A program made the position numbers and the translations under genes. Below are positions 1 to 9,599 of a DNA stretch of 62,838 nt, in pieces (position 1 is the stretch's first letter; each line of letters starts with the position of its first letter). Under the pieces are notes generated by a model that was not told the origin of the DNA, made no database searches, and saw only the letters and a program-made list of their open reading frames with translations. This stretch comes from a virus (Duplodnaviria; Caudoviricetes): the IMG/VR virus record IMGVR_UViG_3300042444_000200, positions 1-62,838 of that record, one strand, 5' to 3'.

Positions 1-14
1 GCGGGGTGGCTTCG
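1..14. repeat. Terminal overlap, copy 1 (GCGGGGTGGCTTCG)
   Basis: Identical to 62825-62838. Confidence 0.9.
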
Positions 15-633
15 GGAAGTTCGCGGGCAGTCGCTGCGCTACCGTGAACGTGCCTGTGGCGGTGACGGTGAGGGTCAGTTCTCCACGCAGTTGGATCATT
101 CCGTTGAGGACTCGGGCCTCGATGAGCCCAGAGCCCGCGACCCTCACGCATGGAGTCCAGTCGATGTCGGCCGGTACGGTCTTGCCGCCAGCCATCACAT
201 TGCGAACCTCGTCAATGACGCTCTTCCGCATCGCGGCGAGGGAGTCGTCGGAAAGGCGGAGCGTGGAGAGTTGACGGGTCGTGAGGTTGACGGTTGCCGG
301 TGACAACCACAGGTCGCCGTCCTTGAGGTCGCCAGCCGGAGCGGTGGGGCTCTCGTATACAGCCGGTCGCGCGCCGCCCGCGTCACCTGTTGCAGCGTTT
401 GCAACAAGTGCATCGACTTCCGCCTTCGAGTACAGCGTGGCGACCTGCCCATCGACATACGCCGTCGTGGCGTACGCCGAGAGATCGACCGTCTGAAGCC
501 CGCCGCCAGTCGGCAGGGCTGCAAGCAGCGTGTCGATCTCCGCGTCTGTGTAGTACCCGACCAGCCCCTTCGTGTAGGCCCACGAGGAGGTGGAGTCAGT
601 CCGCGTCGGTGGCTGGCGTTCTGGTGCTGGCAT
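1..633 (-). CDS. Tail fibre / receptor-binding protein, 5' part (260 aa in total, continues across the junction)
   Basis: Absent from the ORF track. The ATG at 633 overlaps the upstream TGA and the frame is open for 211 codons to base 1 (MPAPERQPPTR...YSKAEVDAL...DIDWTPC...LPANFPKPPR). Confidence 0.85.
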   Translation of the reverse strand, partial: MPAPERQPPTRTDSTSSWAYTKGLVGYYTDAEIDTLLAALPTGGGLQTVDLSAYATTAYVDGQVATLYSKAEVDALVANAATGDAGGARPAVYESPTAPAGDLKDGDLWLSPATVNLTTRQLSTLRLSDDSLAAMRKSVIDEVRNVMAGGKTVPADIDWTPCVRVAGSGLIEARVLNGMIQLRGELTLTVTATGTFTVAQRLPANFPKPPR

Positions 634-983
634 CAGGTTTCAACCAGTGGGATCAAATACTTCTTGCCGTTCACGACCACAGGGATGCCCCCAGTGATGA
701 GCGGCTGGTGGAAGGTCAGGCCGTCGGCCGAAAGGCCAATGGGCGTGCCATCTTCTTGTTCGAGGATCGGGTCGTCCGCAAAGGTGATCGGGTTGTCGGT
801 TGTGAACTCACCCGTGCCCGCTCCGGTTGAAGTCCCGGTGGGGTCGATCCAGATCGCGTCCACGCCCGGAGGTGGCGGCTCAACATCCGACACGAAGACC
901 TGCGGCTCCGACGAACCGCCGACGCCCGCAAGGGGAGCCCATGCGGTGCCGTTCCAGACGCGGAGTTCAACTGCGTCAGCCAT
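633..983 (-). CDS. Small fibre-associated protein
   Basis: LRVWNGTAW and VSDVEPPPPGVDAIWIDP motifs; TGATG coupling on both sides. Confidence 0.75.
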   Translation of the reverse strand: MADAVELRVWNGTAWAPLAGVGGSSEPQVFVSDVEPPPPGVDAIWIDPTGTSTGAGTGEFTTDNPITFADDPILEQEDGTPIGLSADGLTFHQPLITGGIPVVVNGKKYLIPLVET

Positions 984-2074
984 CAGCCAATCCTCACTGA
1001 CACATTGTCGAAGTAGATGGTGTCGCAGCCGGGAACCATGACGTTGATGAGACTGATCGCCGAACGGACTTCGCCTACGCCAATGACTGGAGCAGGGGCA
1101 CCCGGCGAGACGCGGCCCAAGAGGATCACGCGAGTGTCAGCCTTCGGGCGAGTGAATCCGGCGGGAAGTTCGAGGTAGGCAAACCCGCCAGCCGCGCTCG
1201 TTGTGGGGCTACCGGCGGGCATCAGGAACGAGCCCCTGAAGTAGAGGACGCCATTCAACTGAATGACCTCGACGGTCGAGGACTGCGGCTTGGGGTTGAT
1301 GAAGGACGTAATCGGACAGGGCGTCCAAGTCGTGATGTCCGGTGGCGGAACCACTCCACCGTTCAGCGTCTTGCGAATGTCGGGGAGAATGGCCGCTGCA
1401 ATGGCCGCAGTGTCAACGGCCTCGCCAGCGGGGAGTGCTGCGAGTTTGGCGTCGATCTCTGACTGCACTTGGGCGAGCGTGATCCCCTTGCTGGCCGGAG
1501 CACTGGCCGCGTCAACAGGCTTGGCCCAGATGGTCGGCAGGGCGGGATCGCCCGGAGGGGTCGGTGGAGCGGTGTCACTTACGATCACGGGCTCGGCGAA
1601 GTACCAGCCGCTCGCAGGGTCTAGGTCGGCGCGAAGGTAGCCCTGCTGCGTGGGCGTCGGAAGGACGTAGCCATCAACAGCCGCACGGCCGGGTTGGTTG
1701 CCGTAGTTGAGAGTGCCGAAATAGCCGTAGTCGGCCAGCACCCAGCCGTCACCGCCAATAGGATCGCCCACACCTGTACCGCCGGAGAGGTCTTGCAGGC
1801 GAACGCGAGTGAACGTGACGGGCGTGTCTTTGAACGCCGCCTTGAGAGACATTTCCTCCGACCACTGCTGGATCGGAAGGTTGGGCGAGGCGGTGAGGCC
1901 AGTGATCGGGCCAGTGGCAGTCGTGTCTACCGTGCCGCTCGGCATCGCGGCAGTGGCGAGATCGACGATGCTCTTGACGGTGACGCGCTGCGTGGTGGTG
2001 CCGTTCACGACCGGCACGATGCTGGTCGCTGCGGCTACCCCGTTCGGCAGTGCTGAGATTTTTACGTCGGCCAT
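983..2074 (-). CDS. Tail fibre / receptor-binding protein
   Basis: MADVKISALP N-terminus typical of fibres; C-terminal head with LPAGFTRP motif, paralogous to two other fibre genes. Confidence 0.75.
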   Translation of the reverse strand: MADVKISALPNGVAAATSIVPVVNGTTTQRVTVKSIVDLATAAMPSGTVDTTATGPITGLTASPNLPIQQWSEEMSLKAAFKDTPVTFTRVRLQDLSGGTGVGDPIGGDGWVLADYGYFGTLNYGNQPGRAAVDGYVLPTPTQQGYLRADLDPASGWYFAEPVIVSDTAPPTPPGDPALPTIWAKPVDAASAPASKGITLAQVQSEIDAKLAALPAGEAVDTAAIAAAILPDIRKTLNGGVVPPPDITTWTPCPITSFINPKPQSSTVEVIQLNGVLYFRGSFLMPAGSPTTSAAGGFAYLELPAGFTRPKADTRVILLGRVSPGAPAPVIGVGEVRSAISLINVMVPGCDTIYFDNVSVRIG

Positions 2075-2226
2075 CAGGGCGTTTCAGTGCGGAGTTTGTC
2101 GCTGCTCTCGGTATTGATGACGTCGCCGGTCTCGGCGAGGATGCGGTACGTTGCGGTTACTGGCGGGGGAGGGGCACCGGCCGACTCCGCGACAGGCGCA
2201 AGCCTGACGATGTTGTCTACGGCCAT
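2074..2226 (-). CDS. Small virion-associated protein (50 aa)
   Basis: Below the ORF-track cutoff: MAVDNIVRLAP...ILAETGDVINTESSDKLRTETP*, with TGATG overlap onto the next gene. Confidence 0.65.
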   Translation of the reverse strand: MAVDNIVRLAPVAESAGAPPPPVTATYRILAETGDVINTESSDKLRTETP

Positions 2227-2229
2227 TGC

Positions 2230-2550
2230 CTATCCCTTCACGCAGATGAATCCCTCGATGTTCCCGGCCGCCCGGCCCACAACAAACTGAGCCCCGTAAA
2301 GCGCAGACGGCAGTTCGACCGCCTCGCCGGTTACGGCAACGGTCGTGACATCCACACCCTTTGAGTCCTTGAGCGGGACTGGCTCGACGTTGGCGTCGTG
2401 CGTGACGTACCACTGGATCGTTCCAGCGCCCGTCTTCACGATCAGCAGCCCGCCAGCCACAGCCGAGAACGGAATGCGGGGCCCGGTCGCTGCGTCTGCC
2501 GTCACCTTGAACGGTGCGGCGGAACCGACTCGGGAAATACTGGTAGCCAT
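2230..2550 (-). CDS. Hypothetical structural protein
   Basis: Beta-rich 106 aa, AGGAGG SD, CCATAA motif upstream. Confidence 0.75.
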   Translation of the reverse strand: MATSISRVGSAAPFKVTADAATGPRIPFSAVAGGLLIVKTGAGTIQWYVTHDANVEPVPLKDSKGVDVTTVAVTGEAVELPSALYGAQFVVGRAAGNIEGFICVKG

Positions 2551-2621
2551 GACTCCTCCTGCGGCGTGCGGTCACCCCGTTTATGGAGGTTCAAGCCCGC
2601 TTTCCCGCATTTGCCGCAGGG

Positions 2622-3161
2622 CTACCCAGACTTCTTGGCCCAGTGGGGAGTGTGCCGGGACTTCACCGTCTCGACCGCGTCCCGGCGGGACATCTGCGGG
2701 TCTTTCCGCATGAGTTCACCAGCCATCTTGTTGACCAACTTGGGATTCAGCGGCACCCGCTTTGGAGGAGTCGGGGTTCCCTTGTGGGTCACGGCACCCT
2801 GCACATCGAGGTTCCTGTCCTTCGCCACCTTGAGAACATCTGCCGTCGAGTCCACCCACGCACGAGGGTCTTTGTGTCCGCGCTTGTCGGCAAGGCCGGA
2901 GCAGTAGAACTTCCCGACCGTGCTGATCCCGGCCGCCTTTGCCTCTGCAAGCATCCACTTCGCCTGCTTGGGGGGGAGTTTGTCGAGCCACTGCCCGTTG
3001 TACTTCCCCTCCATGAAGGTGCCGTCAAGGCCCCTTGTGCCGGGAGCCTGCTGAAGACTGCACATCATGGCGAACCTTTCGGTCTGGCCGTCTGCGATCA
3101 TCTTCGTGTAGTGGGCCTGAACCTCGTGGCTCGCGGCTGCTATTTCGTACGGCAGTTCCAT
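2622..3161 (-). CDS. Hypothetical phage protein
   Basis: Probable start MELPYEIAAA at 3161 with a GGAG SD. Confidence 0.7.
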   Translation of the reverse strand: MELPYEIAAASHEVQAHYTKMIADGQTERFAMMCSLQQAPGTRGLDGTFMEGKYNGQWLDKLPPKQAKWMLAEAKAAGISTVGKFYCSGLADKRGHKDPRAWVDSTADVLKVAKDRNLDVQGAVTHKGTPTPPKRVPLNPKLVNKMAGELMRKDPQMSRRDAVETVKSRHTPHWAKKSG

Positions 3162-3432
3162 TTGTCTTCTCCAAGTAGCACACGGCACGGCGCAACCTGT
3201 CGGCGTCGTCCCCAAGTTTCCCGATCCCAGAGTTGCACTGAAGGCACAGGAGCCCACGCACCGCCAACGTCAGATGGCTGTGATCTACGCAAGTCGGCTC
3301 CCTCTTGAGGCAGATAGGACACAGTCCGTCGCAGTCCGCGTACATCGCGTCGAACTGCTCGGGCGTGATTCCGTACCGCGTCTTGAGGTTGTGCTTGCGC
3401 TTACTGACCGGGTTGATCTTCCGGCGGGGCAT
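3025..3432 (-). CDS. Endonuclease VII-like (homing) endonuclease
   Basis: YGIT..F..M...CPIC...VDHSH...VRGLLC..CN.GIG.LGD signature; start MPRRK overlaps the portal 3' end. Confidence 0.85.
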   Translation of the reverse strand: MPRRKINPVSKRKHNLKTRYGITPEQFDAMYADCDGLCPICLKREPTCVDHSHLTLAVRGLLCLQCNSGIGKLGDDADRLRRAVCYLEKTNGTAVRNSSREPRGSGPLHEDDRRRPDRKVRHDVQSSAGSRHKGP

Positions 3433-5503
3433 CAGGAGGCCCTCCGCCGCCGGGCGCATCACCTTCGGGTGGAGGAGGCCCGTTTGGCGGCAGCATCGGC
3501 GGCGGCGGAGGGGGAGGAGGCAGCATGTACCCAGAGGCGTCGAGATCGAGGCTGTTGGCCCAGTCCGACATGAGTCGATTGAAGGGCTCGACGTTGCCCA
3601 TCCCGGTGGCGAGGCCGGACAGGATCGGCCCAAGCGTCTGGACGGCTTGCTGCATCTGGTCGATGCGAGTGTCTTTGTTTGGCTTGCGGGCAGAGCCGCT
3701 CTCGATGCGGTAGTCGAACTCCCGGCCGATCACGCCAACGTCCACGCCAGTGTTCGAGGAGAGGTGCAAGTCCCACGCCTGAGCCCCGAGAGGGCCAAGC
3801 ACTGGGGCAACGTCCTTAGCCTGTAGGAGCCAGCGGGCAGCGATGGCCTCCTTGCGGGCGATCACGCTCATCGCGTCTTCGAGTGCGTTCGCCATGTCGT
3901 CGGGCCGCACGCTCACGGCCTGACCCTTCACGTTGGCCTCTGTGGCACTTCTCATCTGCTGGCGTGAAATACCGTAAGTGAGTTCCGTGAGGCCGACTCG
4001 CTTGTCGAACATCTCCGCGACTGCGGCGACGATGTCCCACATGTCCCGCGTCACGCCGGGCTGCTGGAACACAGACACGATGTCGTTGACCGACTTCCCC
4101 ATCGACTCGGAAATCTCGATGATCTTGAAGCCGTTCTCTGACGGGGCGAGGATTTGATCCTTGATGTCTTGGTCAGCAGACTTCGACACGCCAATGAGGG
4201 TTTCGCAGGAGACTGCGATGCGCGTCGCAAGGAATGAGATCGCCCAGTTCAGGAAGCGAAGTTCGCCCACACCCGGCTTGATGTGGGACAGAGGCCACAG
4301 CGTGTTCGGCTTGCGGTGGAACGCGAGCGGTGTGAACGGCCAGCCGTTCGGCATCGACCAGAGCGGGATCGGCCACGAGGCGCGGGCACGGAGGTTACCC
4401 GGCAGGCCGTCCTGATCCGGCTGTTCCTGCATCGAGGCGGGCGGGACGTTGAGCGGGAAGTCAACGCCGGGCGCAACAACGAGATAGCAATAGTCGCCAA
4501 GAGGATCGAAAACACCGCGATCTTCCTTCTTTGTTCCCTTGAGCCGGTCACCAAATCCACACTTGCTCCACACCTTGAAGAACGTGCAGAGGTCGTTCGT
4601 CTTGCCGATCCTTCGCTGTGTCCTGAACCCGCGATCACTCTCGCGGCTCGTGGACTCATAGGACTCCAGATGACCCTTGAGGTCTTCCCGAGTCAGGCCA
4701 AACATGCGGGCCACTTGGTCAACCGGCAGCACGCATTTCTTGGCGCACCACTGGATTTCCTCGATGGTCTGGGCATCGGGGTCGAGGAACAGGTTGTCCA
4801 CGCTGTCGGCAAACGAGCCCACTACGAGGGTCGGCTCGGAAGGCGGGACATTGGGGAACTCGGTGGCTTCAGTCCACCACACCCCCATCCCCTTGATGAT
4901 GCCCTCGTCCACCACCAGCCGGGAGTGCGTCTTGAGGTCTAACTCGACGGGCGTGTAGTTGAGGTACGTCGAGAGCAACTCGGCGATGACGCCCTTACGG
5001 GAGTCAGCGTCACCGACCGCGTTAGAGGTTTCGATGTACTGCTGAACGCTTGGGTCTGGGATTGGCTGGCCCGTCATCGGGTCAACCTGATAGGCGTTCG
5101 GGTCTACGCCCACCATCTGCGGCGGGATCACCGGGTACTTGCGAGGAGTGACCGTCCGCACAGGGTTGCGGTTGTAGATCACCGCCCCCAGCAACTTGAC
5201 CGCCTCGAAGACCCGGTTCATGGTCATCCGAAAGGCGGGCGCAGGAGTCGGGCGGGACGCCAACGACTGCCCGCGATTGGGCGAGGAGCCCGTGAAGAAC
5301 CACGAGCCGCTGCCGTGCCCGTCAAAGAAGAGGGTCGCCTCTCTGGCGTCCGCATCAAAGATGGACTTGGCCTTGCGGGCGGACTCAATCTTCTTCAGCC
5401 ACGTTTCCGCAATCGGCCGAAGCGGATTGTCGGTGTGCAACTCCGGCTGCTTGGGCACAGCCGGTAGTTCGCCCGTGAAATCGACCGAAAGATCATCCGC
5501 CAT
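3401..5503 (-). CDS. Portal protein
   Basis: 700 aa downstream of terL; GIIKGMGVW, RSATEA and Pro-rich tail as in P22-like portals. Confidence 0.8.
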   Translation of the reverse strand: MADDLSVDFTGELPAVPKQPELHTDNPLRPIAETWLKKIESARKAKSIFDADAREATLFFDGHGSGSWFFTGSSPNRGQSLASRPTPAPAFRMTMNRVFEAVKLLGAVIYNRNPVRTVTPRKYPVIPPQMVGVDPNAYQVDPMTGQPIPDPSVQQYIETSNAVGDADSRKGVIAELLSTYLNYTPVELDLKTHSRLVVDEGIIKGMGVWWTEATEFPNVPPSEPTLVVGSFADSVDNLFLDPDAQTIEEIQWCAKKCVLPVDQVARMFGLTREDLKGHLESYESTSRESDRGFRTQRRIGKTNDLCTFFKVWSKCGFGDRLKGTKKEDRGVFDPLGDYCYLVVAPGVDFPLNVPPASMQEQPDQDGLPGNLRARASWPIPLWSMPNGWPFTPLAFHRKPNTLWPLSHIKPGVGELRFLNWAISFLATRIAVSCETLIGVSKSADQDIKDQILAPSENGFKIIEISESMGKSVNDIVSVFQQPGVTRDMWDIVAAVAEMFDKRVGLTELTYGISRQQMRSATEANVKGQAVSVRPDDMANALEDAMSVIARKEAIAARWLLQAKDVAPVLGPLGAQAWDLHLSSNTGVDVGVIGREFDYRIESGSARKPNKDTRIDQMQQAVQTLGPILSGLATGMGNVEPFNRLMSDWANSLDLDASGYMLPPPPPPPPMLPPNGPPPPEGDAPGGGGPPDAPPEDQPGQ

Positions 5504-5544
5504 TACTGGGCCTCCATGCCCGATTTATGGCCTTTGCGGCAGCG

Positions 5545-5877
5545 TTACTTGCTGTCCTTGCGATCAAGGAGCCCCACGATGCGGGGCAGGAGGGACTTGA
5601 ACTTGCGGAGAGTCTCGGTCGTGGGGTGAAGTTCCCAAGCCCCAGCCTGCCGCCAGTCGGCGTTGTCCTGAAGTCCGGGATCGGACAGGTGCCGCACAGA
5701 CGGCTTCTCGACGAACCCCGCGTTCTCCGTGAACACAAGGCACGAGATCGTGTGCTTGCCCGGACGGCGAGAGACCCAACCCATGTTCGGGGACTGTGGG
5801 TTCTGAGGGTTCGAGTGGTAGAGGATCAGGTCGCCCAGAGAGATTTCGGGCGGGAGAAAGTCTTCAGAACCAGACAT
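5545..5877 (-). CDS. Hypothetical protein
   Basis: Lies between terL and portal and overlaps the terL stop. Confidence 0.7.
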   Translation of the reverse strand: MSGSEDFLPPEISLGDLILYHSNPQNPQSPNMGWVSRRPGKHTISCLVFTENAGFVEKPSVRHLSDPGLQDNADWRQAGAWELHPTTETLRKFKSLLPRIVGLLDRKDSK

Positions 5878-7594
5878 CTTGGGGGCTCTCCAGTAAGGAT
5901 GTGGACAGGTTGCTTTCGGGGCCGAGATACACGAACGGTGTTTTGTTCTTGCCGTTCCGTCGCTCCAGATACTCGATCATCCATTGCGGCATCCCGGCTG
6001 TCTCGTCTTTTTCTTTCTTGGGGATGGAATATCTGGGCTCGTGCGCGACGAGGTACTCCAAGCACTGGCAGGCGTGAACGTCACCCTTCGTGTTGGGAAC
6101 GTCCGTGACGATGGACATGCCGTTCTGGAGAACCACCTTGTTGCGGTAACGCTTGATCTCACGCTCAAGGTTTGGGCACGAGCCGCGAAGGACTCGAACC
6201 CTCGTCGTGCCATTCGGCCGGATGTGCATCCAGTTGCGGACGGCTGTAGTGCGGGCCGCTATGTCGTCACACCCAGCCACAAACGCAGCACCCGTCGTAC
6301 GGGATCGCACGTTTCGTTTGCGGAGTTGCTCGCAGTATTGCTCCACCACCTGCCGCCCGGAGCCAATGTCACGCAGCCTGCCGCCGTGCATGTCGATGAT
6401 GAACGTCTGGAACTGCGGCTCTGTCTCCATCGCCTGTGCGAACTTCTCCCCAAAAATCTGTGCGTTGCATTGGCGGATGTACAGTTCGCGGTAGATGAGA
6501 AGCATTTCGCCGTCCGGTGGAACGGCTGCGAAGAGGACTGCCGTGACTGCGTGACCCGGATCAATGGCAGCGAAGCGAGTCCATTCGTCCGGGATGGTGG
6601 ACTTATTGGGCAGCGACTCCCTGTCGTAGCCGTGAATACTCATGTGGAAGGTGGGGTAGACGAGGATCGAATCGGTGACGAACTCGCCTTCCGCACGCAT
6701 CCGAACTACGTCGTCGCCAAGAGCCGACCATCGCTCGATGTTCTTCCGCTTCTCTTCGTCGTCGATGTGCGGGTTGTCGAGGAACCGGAGCGTGAACTTC
6801 CTGATGATGGGGTTCTCTATCCCGGACTGCTCGGCCTGATCTGCACGCTCTGAGAGCCCCAGAAGGGCGTCGTTCTTGGAGTGCGGCATAGCCGACCAGC
6901 AGAAGCACCCCTTGCGGTCAGAGAGACGGGCCTGCATTTCAGGCACCCATTGCTCGTTTGAAACGTCCTCGTCGATGTGGCAACGATTGGTTTGAAACCC
7001 CTGCGGAGGATCGCCTTCGCTTGAGAAGAAGAGAACCTGCCAGCCGTTGTGGAGTTCCACCGAGTTGCAGTACCCGGCGGACTTCAGAACCCAACTGGTG
7101 TGCTTGACCAGTCGCGGCGGAATCAGGGGCGGTGCGGGCTTGGCGTCTGCCCTACGGTGAGCATCAGAGACAGGGTTGTAGGCCCGCCACTCGTTCGTCA
7201 CCTCGTCGCGGATGATCTTGAATGCCCCAGCCTTGAACAGAAGGGGGTACGCCACGAGACCAATGTGTTTCCAGTTGGCCCCTACGATGCAGACGATGCC
7301 GTCCTTCTCTGGGTACTTCCCGTGCGGGTCTTGCCCCGTCGCGGCCCTCGCGTCCTCCACGAACGTGGACAGACTCTTGCCGCTTCGGTTGCCACCAATG
7401 ACGAGGACTTCACTCGCCCGGCAGGCGTGCATCTCCTCCTGCTGCGGAGTAGGCCGATAGAGTTTCAGTGCCTCGATCCGCCGATCCGCCAACTCCGCGT
7501 GCAAGGCACGCATCTGCCCCATCTCGTACTGGGAGGTGGGTTTCGCTACCGATGGCAAGGGTGTCACCTGCGGCGGCTTCGCCTTCTTCGTCAT
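5864..7594 (-). CDS. terL: Terminase large subunit
   Basis: Walker A GGNRSGKS, Walker B HIDED, RNase H-like IDPGH, C-terminal DVHACQCLEY. Confidence 0.93.
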   Translation of the reverse strand: MTKKAKPPQVTPLPSVAKPTSQYEMGQMRALHAELADRRIEALKLYRPTPQQEEMHACRASEVLVIGGNRSGKSLSTFVEDARAATGQDPHGKYPEKDGIVCIVGANWKHIGLVAYPLLFKAGAFKIIRDEVTNEWRAYNPVSDAHRRADAKPAPPLIPPRLVKHTSWVLKSAGYCNSVELHNGWQVLFFSSEGDPPQGFQTNRCHIDEDVSNEQWVPEMQARLSDRKGCFCWSAMPHSKNDALLGLSERADQAEQSGIENPIIRKFTLRFLDNPHIDDEEKRKNIERWSALGDDVVRMRAEGEFVTDSILVYPTFHMSIHGYDRESLPNKSTIPDEWTRFAAIDPGHAVTAVLFAAVPPDGEMLLIYRELYIRQCNAQIFGEKFAQAMETEPQFQTFIIDMHGGRLRDIGSGRQVVEQYCEQLRKRNVRSRTTGAAFVAGCDDIAARTTAVRNWMHIRPNGTTRVRVLRGSCPNLEREIKRYRNKVVLQNGMSIVTDVPNTKGDVHACQCLEYLVAHEPRYSIPKKEKDETAGMPQWMIEYLERRNGKNKTPFVYLGPESNLSTSLLESPQDVWF

Positions 7595-8108
7595 CTACCG
7601 TTCTCCCCTCAAGGATTGCGCGGCGGAACCGATCCTTCAGTTCCAAGTCCAGTTCCTCTTCCGACCAGAGCGTCAAAGGCTTCTGCGCCCCACCCTGATC
7701 GACGTTCTTCTGGACGAGCCGGACTACCATCTCCAGCATCTTGCCCCGCTGCGAGGAGCCCGGCTTGGAGTCAAAGTACTGCTTCACGAGCAGGGCAGAG
7801 AACCCAGAGGTTCCGCCCCAGTACGTCATGATCTGTTCGAGCAACTCCGCAGAGTGCGGGATGTTCGCCCCGCCACGCACGGCGTTTTCGAGAAGGGCGT
7901 CAACCGCCACCTTCTCCATCTTCTTCATCATCCCGGCGCGGCGAGCCTTGTCTTTCTGGACGGCATCTCGCCTGCGCTTGCCCACACAGCGGGCACACGC
8001 CACAGACAAAGACCCGTCCTTCGCGGGCGGAAAGTTGTCCACGCTCTCGGCGTAGATTTCGCCGCACTCTTGGCAGCACCGCTGACCCGGTTCCATGACA
8101 CTCTCCAA
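7410..8108 (-). CDS. Putative terminase small subunit (N-terminal Zn finger)
   Basis: Directly upstream of and overlapping terL; CxxC...CxxC; helical C-terminus. Confidence 0.55.
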   Translation of the reverse strand: MESVMEPGQRCCQECGEIYAESVDNFPPAKDGSLSVACARCVGKRRRDAVQKDKARRAGMMKKMEKVAVDALLENAVRGGANIPHSAELLEQIMTYWGGTSGFSALLVKQYFDSKPGSSQRGKMLEMVVRLVQKNVDQGGAQKPLTLWSEEELDLELKDRFRRAILEGRTVDDEEGEAAAGDTLAIGSETHLPVRDGADACLARGVGGSADRGTETLSAYSAAGGDARLPGE

Positions 8109-8172
8109 GAAACTGACCCGGCGGGCGTCCCCGCCGAGTCAGCCCCGAGACCCGGCACACGCCGGGATGTTC

Positions 8173-8703
8173 TCAGCCGATGAGTGACCGCAAGGGGGAC
8201 ACGCTGCCCCCGCCGATCTTCTGGCCGCCAGCGCCACGCATCGTCATGCTGACGCCGCCTGTTCCGCCCCCGCCATTGAGAGCCGACTGTGCATTGCTCA
8301 TCGCGCTCGCCACGCCGCTTGCCATCGTCTGGTTGGCCCAGTTCTTCGCGAAGGACTCCTTCTCGCGGAGGCGCATCTCGCGCTCGTACCGCTCCTTCTC
8401 TTCCTTGCGGCGGATGATCTCGTCGCGGCGGGCCTTCTCTGCCATTGCGGCTTGAGCGTTGTTCTGCGCCCGCATCGCCATCTCGTTCTCTGTGACCTGC
8501 GCCTGATTGCGAGCAACGTCACCAGCGGTCGCGAGCCGCTGCATCTCGCTCAACATGGACTGGTGCTGTCGGGGGCCGTCGCCGAGAGCCATTGCCCCAA
8601 ACACTGGGCGGCCCGCTCCGGCTTGGCCGTAGCCCACTCGGGCGGCGTACTCGCGGTACCGGCGGTCAGCCTCGTTCGCTTCGTTCCAGTGGTCGTGCTG
8701 CAC
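8173..8703 (-). CDS. Hypothetical coiled-coil/Gly-rich (virion-like) protein
   Basis: ORF in the late operon. Confidence 0.65.
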   Translation of the reverse strand: MQHDHWNEANEADRRYREYAARVGYGQAGAGRPVFGAMALGDGPRQHQSMLSEMQRLATAGDVARNQAQVTENEMAMRAQNNAQAAMAEKARRDEIIRRKEEKERYEREMRLREKESFAKNWANQTMASGVASAMSNAQSALNGGGGTGGVSMTMRGAGGQKIGGGSVSPLRSLIG

Positions 8704-8794
8704 TGTGGTATCCCTTGTTCAAAGAAACAGGCGGCGGGGCGGCCTCCTGCCATCCCGCCGCCCGCAAAGTCAGTCCGGGTTCACCAGACCGAGA

Positions 8795-9013
8795 TCACTT
8801 CTTGCCGTCCTCACCCCGAAGGGCGGACGCCTTCAACTCGAACTTGCGGGCGTAGAAGCGAGCGCGGGACTCCTTCTTCTTCTCCCTCATTTCCTGCTTG
8901 GCCTGCTTGATCTGGTGACCAAGTTCAGGACGGTCACGCGGGTCGTTGTTGTCAACGGCGAACGCGACGGGGGCACAGCCGAGCAGAATCACCGACAGGA
9001 TGGCGTTCTTCAT
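8795..9013 (-). CDS. Small exported protein
   Basis: Signal-peptide-like MKNAILSVILLGCAPVAFA followed by a basic helical tail. Confidence 0.7.
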   Translation of the reverse strand: MKNAILSVILLGCAPVAFAVDNNDPRDRPELGHQIKQAKQEMREKKKESRARFYARKFELKASALRGEDGKK

Positions 9014-9022
9014 TCAGTCACC

Positions 9023-9577
9023 TCACGGAGTGGTGGGGGTGGTGGCGTCGGGCGTCGTGACATCGGGGGTTGCTTCCTTCGTCTCGACGGAAGGAATCAC
9101 TTCCTCGACATCCTCTTCGGTGCCGTCCGGCAGGAGCCGGGTCACCGGAGCGGCCGTTCCGGTCGAGAAGGGAACCCGCTGCCGCTTGCCCGCAGCGTCC
9201 GTGTACGGGCCAGCAACCACGAGCCAGTAGATTTCGCCAGCGGGAACACCGCCGGTAGCGGTAGCGCCCGTGCCGACAACCTTCGGCAGGTACTCGTCCA
9301 CAATGCCCGTGTAGCCGTAGGCCGTCTGCGTGGAGCAGGGGGCAAGCGGAGTGGTTCCTGCCGCAGCCGTGTTCTTCACGGCAATGCAGGTCACGATCTC
9401 GTTCGACAGGACGCGGCCCGTAGCGGGGTTGACGTCCGTGAAGACCCGAGTCGTGCCGAGCGACGACAGACCCGCATCAGGCAGGTAAGCGCCAGTCGGG
9501 TTCTCAATCGGGTGCTTCCAGTTGACGCCGAGAACCTGACCCCGCGTGAACGGAGGATTGTGCTGATAGATCGACAT
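9023..9577 (-). CDS. Putative capsid decoration / minor head protein
   Basis: Follows the major capsid gene; probable start MSIYQHNPPF with an AAAGG SD. Confidence 0.65.
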   Translation of the reverse strand: MSIYQHNPPFTRGQVLGVNWKHPIENPTGAYLPDAGLSSLGTTRVFTDVNPATGRVLSNEIVTCIAVKNTAAAGTTPLAPCSTQTAYGYTGIVDEYLPKVVGTGATATGGVPAGEIYWLVVAGPYTDAAGKRQRVPFSTGTAAPVTRLLPDGTEEDVEEVIPSVETKEATPDVTTPDATTPTTP

Positions 9578-9599
9578 GGAGCGATGTCCCTTTCTTTGG

